Below are positions 29,187 through 39,075 of a stretch of DNA of 64,000 nt, piece by piece. The stretch comes from Candidatus Harrisonbacteria bacterium (lineage in GTDB: Bacteria > Patescibacteriota > Minisyncoccia > UBA6257 > 02-FULL-45-10c). The first letter of the stretch is position 1; every line of letters begins with the position of its first letter. The stretch is taken from contig JACPTS010000001.1 of the NCBI GenBank assembly GCA_016192685.1, positions 33,412-97,411 on the forward strand, given 5' to 3'. Both the position numbers and the translations under genes were made by a program. The notes beneath the pieces were generated by a model. It ran no database searches. It saw only the letters and a program-made list of their open reading frames with translations, and had not been told where the DNA came from.

Positions 29187-30695
29187 CTACCAATTCCCCT
29201 GAACACCGTACAAAACATCTTTCCAATGGACCCAGCCGACCGCCTCGGGTTCCCATGACCATCCGGAAAAATTTTTATCCGACCCAAGCTGGACGCCATA
29301 AGCATTGCTGTCTTGCGTAGTGCCATTTAAACGCAGCCATCCGCCGGACGACAAAACTTTTGCCCACCCGGTGACATTTTTCGGAAAACTGCCGGATAAT
29401 CCGCCGCTGACTCTAGCCTCGCAAGTTCCCGACGGGCAACCGCTCAAATCAGAGCTGTTAAAACTGAGCCAGCCGATATTTTCCGACCAGGCATATCCGG
29501 ACATTAAGCCGGAACCAAAATCCACACTCACCCCATAACTAACCGCGCCGCAACTGGAAGTATTGCCGCAATTAAAACTGAGCCAGCCGATATTTTCCGA
29601 CCAAGCCCAGCCGGAAACATTATAAGCAGATGGAATAACGCTTATTTCATTGCTTAAAGCACCCACCCCGACTGCATTTTCAGCCGCTACCTTATAATAG
29701 TAAGTTGTGCCATTAGTAAGTCCGCTATTAGTATAAGTCAAAACATTTCCGGCATTGGTATAAAAAGTTTCTCCGCCGGAAGATAAACCGCGATAAACTT
29801 TATAATTGGTTATTGGGGAGCCGCCACTAAAAGCCGGCGCTTGCCAGTTTAAAGTCGCTTGATTATTGCCGGCAGCGGCAGTTAAATTAACCGGCGCGTC
29901 CGGAACCGCCAGCGCGTTAACCGTTAAATTAAAATTAGCGGTTTTCACTAAAGTGCCGCTGGTAGCCGAAACAGAAATAGCGCTGGTCCCGGCCGGCGTA
30001 GAACCGGAAGTGGCAATCGTCATTTGAGAAGAGCAAGTCGGAGTGCAGCTTACCGGACTAAACAAAGCGCCCGTTCCGGCCGGTAAATTAGATACCGAAA
30101 AATCGGACGGTTGGGAAACGCCGGACAAAAGAGAAACATTTACCGCGGCATTCACTGAACCGCCCTGATAAACCGTACCCGAATTGGGCGAAAGGGAAAT
30201 AAAAAGATCCAGCGGCGGAGGCGCCACAGCCAACGATACCACCCCTTGGTTATTCAAAGTAAAATATTGCGCCGATGCTGAACCGGTTAATCCCAGAACC
30301 AGGCTATTGGCCGATGTTTCCCCGGTAACCTTAGCGAAATAAATATTCTCGGCAGTTCCCGGCGCCGGATCGGTAAATTGGATATTCGGCGGCAAGACAA
30401 TAGTTTTTACGATCGTTCCGGAAGAATAATCGGCGCCGTAAAATAGCTGATAAAAATCATTGCCGGCCGCGGAAGCATCAATATGAATTCCCCATTGCTC
30501 TCCCGATTCTTGAGTAATGGATTTTTGCTGGGCATCGCGAAGATTATTCACCAATTCTTTAGCAAAAAGATCTAATTCTTTTTCGGATTTAAATCCATAA
30601 ATATTTAAAGTCCCCACGCTCCCGAGAATGGCTAAGATTCCCATAATGACCATTGTTTCTAATAAGGTAAACCCGCGCATATTAAAATTATACAC
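29187..30695 (-). CDS. large pilin-like protein (prepilin N-terminus MRGFTLLE) with fibronectin-III domain and GW.WSENIGWLSFN repeats
   Basis: class III signal peptide-like GFTLLETMVIMGILA; FN3-like NYKVYRG...YYYKV; likely start at second Met (about 30680). Confidence 0.6.
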   Translation of the reverse strand: MYNFNMRGFTLLETMVIMGILAILGSVGTLNIYGFKSEKELDLFAKELVNNLRDAQQKSITQESGEQWGIHIDASAAGNDFYQLFYGADYSSGTIVKTIVLPPNIQFTDPAPGTAENIYFAKVTGETSANSLVLGLTGSASAQYFTLNNQGVVSLAVAPPPLDLFISLSPNSGTVYQGGSVNAAVNVSLLSGVSQPSDFSVSNLPAGTGALFSPVSCTPTCSSQMTIATSGSTPAGTSAISVSATSGTLVKTANFNLTVNALAVPDAPVNLTAAAGNNQATLNWQAPAFSGGSPITNYKVYRGLSSGGETFYTNAGNVLTYTNSGLTNGTTYYYKVAAENAVGVGALSNEISVIPSAYNVSGWAWSENIGWLSFNCGNTSSCGAVSYGVSVDFGSGLMSGYAWSENIGWLSFNSSDLSGCPSGTCEARVSGGLSGSFPKNVTGWAKVLSSGGWLRLNGTTQDSNAYGVQLGSDKNFSGWSWEPEAVGWVHWKDVLYGVQGNW

Positions 30696-30698
30696 AAT

Positions 30699-31904
30699 TT
30701 AAATTCCTCCAACTAATTGGTAAATCGGTACAATCACGGAAACCGCGATGGTGCCAATCATAACTCCGATAAAAAGAAGCAGTATCGGCTCTATGAAAGC
30801 CACCAGTACTTTTAAGGCTGAATCAACTTCTGATTCATAAAAAAGCGAAAGGGTTTTTAAAATTTCCTCAATATGGCCGGCTCTTTCGGAAACCGCGATT
30901 AAATTAGTCACCACCAGAGGAAATTCCGGCTCCCTGCGGAAAGCTTCACCGATAGTCAAACCCTTGGCAATTCCCTCCCGCGCGATTCGACGGAGACTAT
31001 CCCGCATTTTTTCCGAACCAACGGCATCAGCGGTAATTTCCAAAGACTCAATAATCGGCAGGCCGGATTTCATTAAAGAAGCAAGGGTGCTCGTAAAACG
31101 CTGGAGCGCCAATTGCTTGGAAACATTCTTAATTACCGGCAAACGGGCGCTTAAAAAGGAAAGAGTTTTTTTCCCCAAGTAAGAATTTATAAAATACCAC
31201 CCGCCTACCGCGACTGCCGCCAATAAAGGAAAAATTATCAGCGCATTGGCATTTAAAAATAAGCCGACGCCGAAAACAATCCGGGAAAAAATCGGCGGCC
31301 GGATGCCGCTGGAAATAAAAATATTGGCGATTTTCGGCAAAGCAAAAGTCACCAAAAGAATCAGCATCAAAAATGACATTACCAGCAAAATAATCGGATA
31401 GATTAACGCTCCCTGAACTTTATTCTTCAATTCTTGCTCCTTGCCGAGGGAAACGCTTAAATTATCCAGCACTTCGGTTAAATTCCCGGAGGCTTCTCCG
31501 GCCTTGATTAAATTCACAAAAGTTACGGAAAAATATTTTGGGTATTTGGCAAAAGTAGTGTAAAAAGGATTGCCCTTTTCCAGATTAGTCTTAATTTCTA
31601 TCAGCAAAGCTTTTAGAATGGGCTTGTCAAAATCATTGATTAAAATATCAATCGCCCGGAAAAGGTCGGTGCCGGCTTTCAGCATTAGCGCTAAATACCG
31701 GGATAAAAAAACTTTGTCGGAAATGGAAATAGTCTGGCCAAAAACTTTAGTGCCGCCGATATCATAAGCTTTAAGGACTTTAATAGAAACCGGCCGCCAG
31801 CCTTTACCGGCTAAAAATTGCAAGACTTCCGCCGAACCCCGCGCTTCTAGCTCTCCTTCGGTTACTCTGCCGTCTGCTTGCGATGCGATGTAGTGAAATT
31901 TCAT
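30699..31904 (-). CDS. pilC: type IV pilus assembly platform protein PilC (GspF family)
   Basis: two GspF-type repeats, 3 TM segments, 401 aa. Confidence 0.85.
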   Translation of the reverse strand: MKFHYIASQADGRVTEGELEARGSAEVLQFLAGKGWRPVSIKVLKAYDIGGTKVFGQTISISDKVFLSRYLALMLKAGTDLFRAIDILINDFDKPILKALLIEIKTNLEKGNPFYTTFAKYPKYFSVTFVNLIKAGEASGNLTEVLDNLSVSLGKEQELKNKVQGALIYPIILLVMSFLMLILLVTFALPKIANIFISSGIRPPIFSRIVFGVGLFLNANALIIFPLLAAVAVGGWYFINSYLGKKTLSFLSARLPVIKNVSKQLALQRFTSTLASLMKSGLPIIESLEITADAVGSEKMRDSLRRIAREGIAKGLTIGEAFRREPEFPLVVTNLIAVSERAGHIEEILKTLSLFYESEVDSALKVLVAFIEPILLLFIGVMIGTIAVSVIVPIYQLVGGI

Positions 31905-31905
31905 A

Positions 31906-33654
31906 TTATTCCCTGATAACTCTTAATACTTCCTCAATGGTCGTCATTCCACGCTCTACTTTCCGAAGGCCGTCTTCAAACATGGCCAGCATGCCTTTTT
32001 GGCGGGCTGATTTTCGCAATTCATCCAAAGAAAAATCAGGAGCGGCGATATATTTTCCGATTTCCTCATCAACCGAAAGCATCTCAAAAATCCCAATCCG
32101 GCCCTTTAATCCGCTCTGGCCGCAGGAACTGCAGCCTTTGCCGCGATAAAAAATTTTCGCCGGTTTGTAAACTTCTTCCAAGCCCAATTCCTTCATTTGC
32201 TTCTTAACTAATTCTAACAAATGGCTGTCCGGTTTGTAAGACTCAATGCAATGAACGCAAATTTTTCCGACTAATCTTTGAGCAATCACCAAATTCAATA
32301 CGGCAGAAATTAAAAAAGGAGGAACTTTCATATCAATAAGCCGGGGAATCGCGGTCGGGGCGTCATTAGTATGCACGGTGGAGAGGACTAAATGGCCGGT
32401 TAAAGCGGCATTAACCGAAATTTCCGCGGTCTCTTCATCTCTGATTTCTCCCACCAAAATAATATTCGGGTCCTGCCGAAGGAGCGACCGGAGAGCGCTC
32501 GCGAAAGTAATTCCCGCGGCCGGATTAATCTGGGTTTGATTTACATATTTAATGTTGTATTCCACCGGGTCCTCAACCGTCACAATGTTCACTTCCGGCT
32601 TATTTAAAGTATTCAAAACTGAATATAGCGTGGTGGTTTTGCCGGAACCGGTCGGCCCGGAAACCAGCACCATTCCAAAAGTTTTTTTGATATTGTCCTG
32701 CAAAATTTTTACGTGGTCTTCCAGCATTCCGATTTCTTCAAAAGAAGGCGGGGTTTGGCTGGCGGAAAGCAAACGCATTTCGGATTTTTCTCCGTAAAAC
32801 GTCGGGATAATAGAAACCCGGATATCAATATAATCCTTGCCTAACCGCTGGCGGAAGCGGCCGTCCTGCGGGCGATTATGTTCGTCCAGCTTAAGGCCGG
32901 CCAGCAGCTTGATGCGGGCGGTAATCGCCGGATGGACTTCTTTCGGCAAACGCATAATTTCTCTTAATACTCCGTCAATCCGATACCTTGCCAAAATTCC
33001 GTCTTCTAAAATCTCCAGATGAATATCCGAAGCCCGCAAAGAACTCGCGTAAGCGACCAAATTGTCCACTACCGCCACGATCGGCAATTCCTCCGCCGCT
33101 TCTTTTTCTCCCGAAACCCGCGAACGAAGAGACGCGGAAACATTTTCTTCAATGATGCGGCGAAAATCTTCCACTTCTCCCTTGGAATAAAGCGACAATC
33201 CAACATTTAAATCTTCTTTAGAGGCCAGATAAGGCTTGATTTCCGCGCCCAAATATCTGTGCAAAAATTCAATAATTTCCAGATTGCTCGGGTCCTCCAT
33301 TGCCACCCCGAAAGAGCCGTCTTCTTCTTTCTTAAAAACTACCGCCCTTTTTTCTTTTGATATTTCTTCCGGCAAAAGATGAAGAATCTTCTCATCCGCG
33401 GATTGAGAAAATAAATTGGCTTTGCCGACCCCGAAATACCTCGCCAGCAGCTCGTCAAGATAAGATTTGGTGATAATGCCTCGGGAAATTAAAGTTTGGG
33501 GCAAATCATGCCCTAAACGGGCCGCTTCCGCCACGACGACGTCAAAAGCTTCCGGCGCGATTAAGCCGTCACTGATTAAAGCTTCTTTTAATTTTTCGTT
33601 GGGAATCTGCATTAAAATTTTAAAGTTTGCCACCACGGCAATGCTGCCAGCCAC
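31906..33654 (-). CDS. pilB: type IV pilus assembly ATPase PilB (GspE family)
   Basis: Walker A GPTGSGKTTT, Asp box, His box, tetracysteine CVHC...CSSC. Confidence 0.9.
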   Translation of the reverse strand: MAGSIAVVANFKILMQIPNEKLKEALISDGLIAPEAFDVVVAEAARLGHDLPQTLISRGIITKSYLDELLARYFGVGKANLFSQSADEKILHLLPEEISKEKRAVVFKKEEDGSFGVAMEDPSNLEIIEFLHRYLGAEIKPYLASKEDLNVGLSLYSKGEVEDFRRIIEENVSASLRSRVSGEKEAAEELPIVAVVDNLVAYASSLRASDIHLEILEDGILARYRIDGVLREIMRLPKEVHPAITARIKLLAGLKLDEHNRPQDGRFRQRLGKDYIDIRVSIIPTFYGEKSEMRLLSASQTPPSFEEIGMLEDHVKILQDNIKKTFGMVLVSGPTGSGKTTTLYSVLNTLNKPEVNIVTVEDPVEYNIKYVNQTQINPAAGITFASALRSLLRQDPNIILVGEIRDEETAEISVNAALTGHLVLSTVHTNDAPTAIPRLIDMKVPPFLISAVLNLVIAQRLVGKICVHCIESYKPDSHLLELVKKQMKELGLEEVYKPAKIFYRGKGCSSCGQSGLKGRIGIFEMLSVDEEIGKYIAAPDFSLDELRKSARQKGMLAMFEDGLRKVERGMTTIEEVLRVIRE

Positions 33655-34205
33655 TTACTTATAAGTATAGTGGAAATCGCCGCAGGCAGCCAAAAGTAAT
33701 AGAATGAAATCCTATAGGACTTATCAGACTTATTGGTCCTATAAAATTTATATGTCAAATAAGAATTCCCGGCCAAAGCCGCGATTAAAAAAATAATTAA
33801 ATAAAATAGCCACAGCGGGTGGCCGACAACAAAAAATGCCGTAGCCAGAAGATACGGCTCAATCGGCTCAAAAAACCGCTCTTGGTATTTTTTATTGAAA
33901 TATTTCGCGGCCGCCAAAAAAACTAAAGCAGCGGCTAAAGACAAAAAATAGGGATTAAAAAACCGGGTGCGCGCGAAAAAAACAAAATAATCCCAATTCT
34001 GATAAGGCGGCAAAAATAACTTGCCTAAATCATTGCTCTTCCAAGTCAGATATTGCTGCCAAGATTGATAAACGGAAAAACCAAAAATAGCTAAAATGGG
34101 CAGGACAAGGACAAGCATACCAAAAAGCCCCCGCCTGGCAGGGGTTTTGGGGATAATCAATTGAACCGCGAAAGTAATCGCTAAAATAATTAGCGGCGCG
34201 CTCAT
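33612..34205 (-). CDS. hypothetical polytopic membrane protein (197 aa)
   Basis: hydrophobic; contains 9-bp gacttat-type DNA repeats at 33700..33745. Confidence 0.3.
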   Translation of the reverse strand: MSAPLIILAITFAVQLIIPKTPARRGLFGMLVLVLPILAIFGFSVYQSWQQYLTWKSNDLGKLFLPPYQNWDYFVFFARTRFFNPYFLSLAAALVFLAAAKYFNKKYQERFFEPIEPYLLATAFFVVGHPLWLFYLIIFLIAALAGNSYLTYKFYRTNKSDKSYRISFYYFWLPAAISTILISKWLAALPWWQTLKF

Positions 34206-34214
34206 TCTTAAAAA

Positions 34215-34802
34215 TTAAAGGTCTAAGCCGGCATCGGTGCCAACTTCATAAATACTATCGGCATTGCCGCCATCTTTCGTATTAGTTTCTTTATCATCAG
34301 CGCCGCCAGAGGCATAGCGAGTGCTCTCCATATTGGCATTTAATTCATAGGTCTTGGCAGTATTGTCGCAAGCATAAGAATAGAAATAATTGGTATCATT
34401 AGTCGGGTCAATCGGCAAAACTGAAAGTGCCGGACCGCCTGGAACTGCTCCAAAGTTGACCGGCACCCAGCCAGTGCCGTCCACTACTCTAGCGGCAGTA
34501 GCATCAGTAACCCTAGCCGCCGCGTGGCGGCCGGCGCAGTTAGCTGACATTCCGCCGGTCTGCACAAAACACATAGTCGCGCAAGCTTTAACGCCCGGAC
34601 CATCCAAGTCCGGGGAAGATAAAGTGGAAACATAAAGCGCCAGCGCGTTCCTTAACACGCCCATATCCTCAATTCTGGTGGTATCCCGAGCTTGGGCAAA
34701 AAGCTGGGCCGGATTTAATACTAAAACCGACACCGCGCCTAATACCGCGAGAATGCCGATAACAATGACTAATTCTAATAAGGTAAAACCTTTGGTTTTC
34801 AT
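34215..34802 (-). CDS. type IV pilin (major pilin candidate)
   Basis: MKTKGFTLLELVIVIGILAVLGAV prepilin cleavage/methylation motif; 195 aa. Confidence 0.85.
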   Translation of the reverse strand: MKTKGFTLLELVIVIGILAVLGAVSVLVLNPAQLFAQARDTTRIEDMGVLRNALALYVSTLSSPDLDGPGVKACATMCFVQTGGMSANCAGRHAAARVTDATAARVVDGTGWVPVNFGAVPGGPALSVLPIDPTNDTNYFYSYACDNTAKTYELNANMESTRYASGGADDKETNTKDGGNADSIYEVGTDAGLDL

Positions 34803-34886
34803 ATATATAATTTTAGACCTGTTGCGACTTATTAAAATTAATTATAATACAATAACGCTTAAGCGTAAAAATACGGCTGTGGATAA

Positions 34887-35255
34887 CTATTTTAGATATT
34901 CTTTAATCTTTTTCACCAAATCATCAATGGAAACCTGGGCTTTGACAATATATTCCACCACTCCCAGTTCCCGCCCCTTTTCAATATCAAGAGCCTGCCC
35001 CAAGTTGGAAATAATCATTACTGGAATTTTAGCTACTTGCGGGTCTGATTTTATTTCTTCCAGCACTTCAAAACCGGATTTGCCCGGCAGAATAATATCC
35101 AAAAGCACTAAATCCGGATTGCTGGCTTTTAAAAGCTTATTGGCCTCACTGCCGCTTTTTATGCCCACCAATTCAAAGCCTTCTTTTTTCAGCCGGTTCC
35201 CCAAAAGCGAAGACAAAAACGGGTCGTCTTCAATAAGTAAAATTTTCTTTGTCAT
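34887..35255 (-). CDS. single-domain response regulator (CheY-like receiver)
   Basis: KKILLIEDDP ... LVLLDIILPGKSG ... conserved Asp/Lys positions. Confidence 0.85.
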   Translation of the reverse strand: MTKKILLIEDDPFLSSLLGNRLKKEGFELVGIKSGSEANKLLKASNPDLVLLDIILPGKSGFEVLEEIKSDPQVAKIPVMIISNLGQALDIEKGRELGVVEYIVKAQVSIDDLVKKIKEYLK

Positions 35256-35348
35256 GTTTTTTAAATTATATAACAGAAAAGATTTTCAGACAATTAAAAA
35301 ATCCCGAATGGTCGGGATAATGATTATTAAATATTTTTCTCATTCTAA

Positions 35349-35522
35349 AATTTTTCCATTGCGTTTCTAAAGTCGTCCCCCACTTTTTTCCAGTCGGAAG
35401 CAAGGCGCTCTTCATCAGTTCCAAACTGTTCCTCATAAGTCTTATAGCTTGGAAAAAGGTTAAATATATTTCCCATTCCCTTAAGAAATGCCTGCCAATT
35501 AATTTTCATCTCCATTTCTTAT
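35349..35522 (-). CDS. possible 57-aa small protein (MEMKINWQAFLKGMGNIF...)
   Basis: found by eye; below the track length cut-off. Confidence 0.2.
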
Positions 35523-35591
35523 AGCCATTAAAATACTACTTATACATTAATATAAAATATCAAAATCTTCAACTATTCAATTTTTGAGCTA

Positions 35592-35619
35592 TTGACAAAC
35601 TTTAATTGATTGGTATAAT
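35592..35619 (+). promoter_or_regulatory. consensus sigma70-type promoter (TTGACA-16 nt-TATAAT)
   Basis: exact hexamers at 35592..35597 and 35614..35619. Confidence 0.55.
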
Positions 35620-35625
35620 GTAATT

Positions 35626-35713
35626 AATGCGGTTGGGCAACGCAGGGTGTTACCCCCATCTATCCCTGAATTATTCTAGAGTAATTCAGGATCATAGATG
35701 GGGGTCTTTTTTT
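35626..35713 (+). ncRNA. candidate ~85-nt small RNA ending in an intrinsic terminator (nested palindrome cccccatctat...atagatggggg + T8)
   Basis: promoter immediately upstream; strong hairpin 35653..35704 followed by tcttttttt; no ORF. Confidence 0.35.
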
Positions 35714-35754
35714 ATTTCAAAATCCAACTCCCGCTCCACCAAAATAAAAATAAA

Positions 35755-35950
35755 CTGATATATTTCGTAGAAAAAATAAGCGAAGATTGTTTCTTGTGCG
35801 GAAACTGTCGCAGGCAAATCGGCTTGGTGTCCCGCGAAGCGGGACCGATTTGCCGAGACAGTAGCGGTGCTTGCGAGCCGCCGGAGCGAGCGGACAACCC
35901 GGTTCCGCAAAGAAATAATCTGAGCAATTTCGTAGAAATATATCAGTTCA
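35755..35950 (-). terminator. large compound hairpin followed by U-rich tract on the minus strand: probable 16S rRNA transcription terminator/processing structure
   Basis: inverted repeats 35755..35773 / 35928..35946, inner GC-rich palindromes (caaatcgg...ccgatttg, gtcccgcgaagcgggac); on minus strand followed by TTTATTTTTATTTT. Confidence 0.4.
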
Positions 35951-36265
35951 TTTTTAAAGAAAACTTTCTAGTTATCCCAACCTTATGCGGCCCGAATTTA
36001 ATCGGACAAGCAAATCGAGACTTGAGGCTCCTCGATCAAAACCTTTGCCTGCATTTTTCAATGCAGTATCGTACTCCATCAAATATAAATATTTGATTTT
36101 TGTTTAATTGATCCACGCACAGCTTCCGCTACGCGTGCCTTGTTACGACTTCTTCCATGTCACCGAATCTACCTTTATCCCGCCGAAGCGGAATTTCAGA
36201 TATCCCCGGCTCCCCTGAAGTGACGGGCGGTGAGTACAGGACTCGAGAACGTATTCACCGCGGCG

Positions 36266-36304
<39 letters not shown>

Positions 36305-36701
36305 GCGAGTTTCAGCCTCCAATCTGAACTGGGGCCATTTTTGATGGGATTAGCTCCGCCTTGCGGCTTGGCAACCCATTGTAATGGCCATTGTAGCACG
36401 AGTGTAGCCCAGGGCATCAGAGGGCCATGCGGATTTGACGTCATCCTCTCCTTCCTCCCCCAAAAAGAGGGCAGTCCCCGATGACACATATAACATCAGG
36501 TAAGGGTTGCGCTCGTTACCCCACTTAAGGGAACGTTTCAAAATACGAGCTGACGACAACCATGCAGCACCTGTCCAGCCGTTCCTTGAGAGAACATCCC
36601 ACGTTTCTGCGGGATTTCGTCTGGATTTCAAGCCCTGGTAAGGTTTCTCGCTTACTGTCGAATTGAACCTCATGCTCCACCGCTTGTGCGAGTCCCCGTC
36701 T

Positions 36702-36733
<32 letters not shown>

Positions 36734-37195
36734 TCCCAGGCGGCCTACTTAACGCGTTAGCTTCGCCACCCCGAGGGTCGATACTCGAGATAGCCAGTAG
36801 GCATCGTTTAGGGCGTGGACTACAAGGGTATCTACAATTTTGTTGCTTCGCAAAACTTTTATACTCGCTATGCTATTCTCGCTCATACTGCTGCGCGCTG
36901 GACAAAACTAATTCGCTCATAGCGGAAATTTATCACCCTAGTCGCATTCGCTCCTGGGTATCCCGATAAATTTCCTATTCGCTCAAAGTTTTGTAACCAT
37001 CGCTCCGCAACATTCGCTCAAACAGCATAACTCGTTTAATAATAGTTTTGCGTGACACAGACATTTCTGCTGTGTTCTCTGTGTTGCCATAGAGTTCGGA
37101 CTATATCATTCTCGCGCTTTGAAAAACGAATATCAATCATCTTGATACTCGTAGATCAAAGAGCGAGAATCGGCGTATAGTCTCTGAGGGGTTAA

Positions 37196-37450
37196 TTATT
37201 TTCCTTTTAATTTTTTGAGGTGTTTTTTCACGGTACGATCAACTAATTTAAACTCCGGTTCTTCCAAAATATCATGCGTTGTATATCCATATCTCTTACG
37301 GTCATTGGTTTTCCAAATTGCTTCAATAGACGGCAATCCTCTGCTTTTCAGTTCTTCATTCACGGTTTCTAGAACAGCTTTTAATTTCTTATTTGATTTG
37401 CTTGTGCAAACGATTTCTACAAACCTAAATTTTGAGTCAGGCCTTGACAT
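37196..37450 (-). CDS. intron-encoded small basic protein (84 aa from MSRPDSK), function unknown (no LAGLIDADG/GIY-YIG motif seen)
   Basis: preceded by a perfect Shine-Dalgarno AAGGAGGTG 7 nt upstream of ATG; embedded in the rRNA insertion. Confidence 0.35.
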   Translation of the reverse strand: MSRPDSKFRFVEIVCTSKSNKKLKAVLETVNEELKSRGLPSIEAIWKTNDRKRYGYTTHDILEEPEFKLVDRTVKKHLKKLKGK

Positions 37451-37803
37451 CGTCCACCTCCTTTTTAAATTAACTTCCCTGCTGGTTGTCCGCACCGACG
37501 CGTTTTCACCAGCGATTTGTTTTTGAAATTTCAAAAACAAATCGCTGGTAGCGTCGGATACGCCGGATTTTCCAGCATATAGCCGATTTTACATTCCAGT
37601 GTTGCCACTGAAAGGGACCATATGCGTCTCCGGAAAATTCCGGAGTCACTTCTTTATACCCTAAAGAGAGTGAGATTATTTTTGCGAACCAATAAAATTA
37701 TATTTGCTTCACTTATTTATCTATTTATCGTGCGGCAACATTTATTTTAATTTCTTGCCGAACTGCCGAGTTATCATAGAGAAACTTTATACAATCTAAA
37801 CGA

Positions 37804-37952
37804 GCTCTGCCTGTGTTTCGTGCGGCAACTACGGAGCTCCGAAATGCTTGGCTTTCGCGAAGCGAAAATTTCGGAGCGAGGCGTAGACGCGTTTCGCCGC
37901 AGGAGCGAAACGACGCCGGTGCCGTCAGAAATACAGGCGGAGCGAGTAAAAC
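37804..37952 (+). repeat. structured repeat family 1, copy 2 (inside the rRNA insertion)
   Basis: core identical to copies at 20079..20221 and 63517..63667; own terminal inverted repeat c(t/c)gcctgt(g/a)tttc. Confidence 0.6.
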
Positions 37953-38170
37953 TCATAGACAATTCGGCGGAGCGGCATTTTCAAAATGAATGCCGATGCC
38001 GGTAGACAAATAAGTGAAGCAAATGAGTTCGTAAAAATAACCGAACGATCCTTTTTGCTCCCCACGCTTTCGTGCAATGAGAGTCAGTAATGCGCCAGCC
38101 AAATGCTTTCGCCTTTGGTATTCCCCACGATATCAACGGATTTCACCCCTACACCGTGAGTTCTATTGGC

Positions 38171-38459
38171 CTCTCGCACACTCTAGACAAGTCCCCTCTG
38201 TACAAATGTTTCCACTAAATTGAAATCATTGATTTTGTATCAAGTTCAAGGCGCGAGGAGGAAATCGTAGGGTTACCTACCTTTCCGACTCGCAACGCAG
38301 AAATTGATCAAAATCAAGATTCCCGAAGGGTAAGGAAATTTTTGTCAGCTTCTTCGTTAGTCGTCGCTAGTGTATCTAAAGATACACTTCGCTCCTCCTG
38401 CCTTGAATTTAACTCAAAATTTCCTTATCAATTAGTGAAAATATTTGTACAGAGGGGAC
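38171..38459 (-). other. ~290-nt intervening sequence (IVS) in 16S helix region ~E. coli 650, bounded by a perfect 33-bp inverted repeat
   Basis: gtcccctctgtacaaatgtttccactaaattga ... tcaattagtgaaaatatttgtacagaggggac; flanks align to 16S; core homologous to 61408..61678. Confidence 0.7.
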
Positions 38460-38989
38460 AGCAGTTTTTGCTGCAGCCTCGAAGTTGAGCCCCGAGATTT
38501 AACAGCAAACTTGCTGGTCCTCCTACGCACTCTTTACGCCCAATAAATCCGGATAACGCTTGGAGCCCTCGTATTACCGCGGCTGCTGGCACGAGGTTAG
38601 CAGCTCCTTATTCCTCTGGTACTATCAGCCTTGCGGCTTTCTCCCAGAGAAAAGCAGTTTACAATCCTTAGACCTTCATCCTGCACGCGGCGTCGCTCGA
38701 TCAGGCTTTCGCCCATTGTCGAATATTCTCGACTGCTGCCACCCGTAGGTGTACGAGCCGTGTCTCAGTCTCGTCGTTGGGGAACACCCTCTCAGGCCCC
38801 CTACTGGTCATAGCCTTGGTAGGCCATTACCCTACCAACTAGCTGATCAGACCTAGGCCGCTCCCAAAGCCCCTTGCGGGTTTTAATCCGAATGTTGCAT
38901 CGGATGCTATCGGGCATTACCCCGCCTTTCGGCGAGCTGTGCCCGTCTTTAGGGTACGTACCAAGGTGTTACTAACTCGTTCGCCGCTC

Positions 38990-39075
38990 GCCTTCGGCTC
39001 GGACAAATAACTTTTAACAAATAACTAATAACGAAATTGTTAATAGTTATAAGTTATTTAGTTATTAGTCCGAGC
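38990..39075 (-). other. expanded V1 helix of 16S (~60-nt AT-rich palindromic extension)
   Basis: ggactaataactaaataacttataactattaacaatttcgttattagttatttgttaaaagttatttgtccgag between conserved GCAAGTCG and GGCGAACG. Confidence 0.5.

Larger units (their letters stand above)
36838..38046 (-). other. ~1.2-kb intron-like insertion in 16S at E. coli position ~788/789 (between GGAT and TAGATACCC)
   Basis: conserved flanks CAAAAAGGATC | ... | TTGTAGATACCCTTGTAGTCCACGCC; contains ORF 37196..37450 and a family-1 repeat copy. Confidence 0.7.

Noticed and set aside
34678-35370. 230-aa plus-strand ORF
   Set aside because: Overlaps antisense to the well-supported CheY-like receiver gene 34887..35255 and runs through the pilin gene upstream region; no motif.
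35692-36096. ORFs 35692..35910(-), 35698..36096(+), 35712..35927(-)
   Set aside because: Cover the palindromic hairpin region downstream of 16S; symmetric DNA creates ORFs on both strands; more plausibly an RNA structure or terminator.
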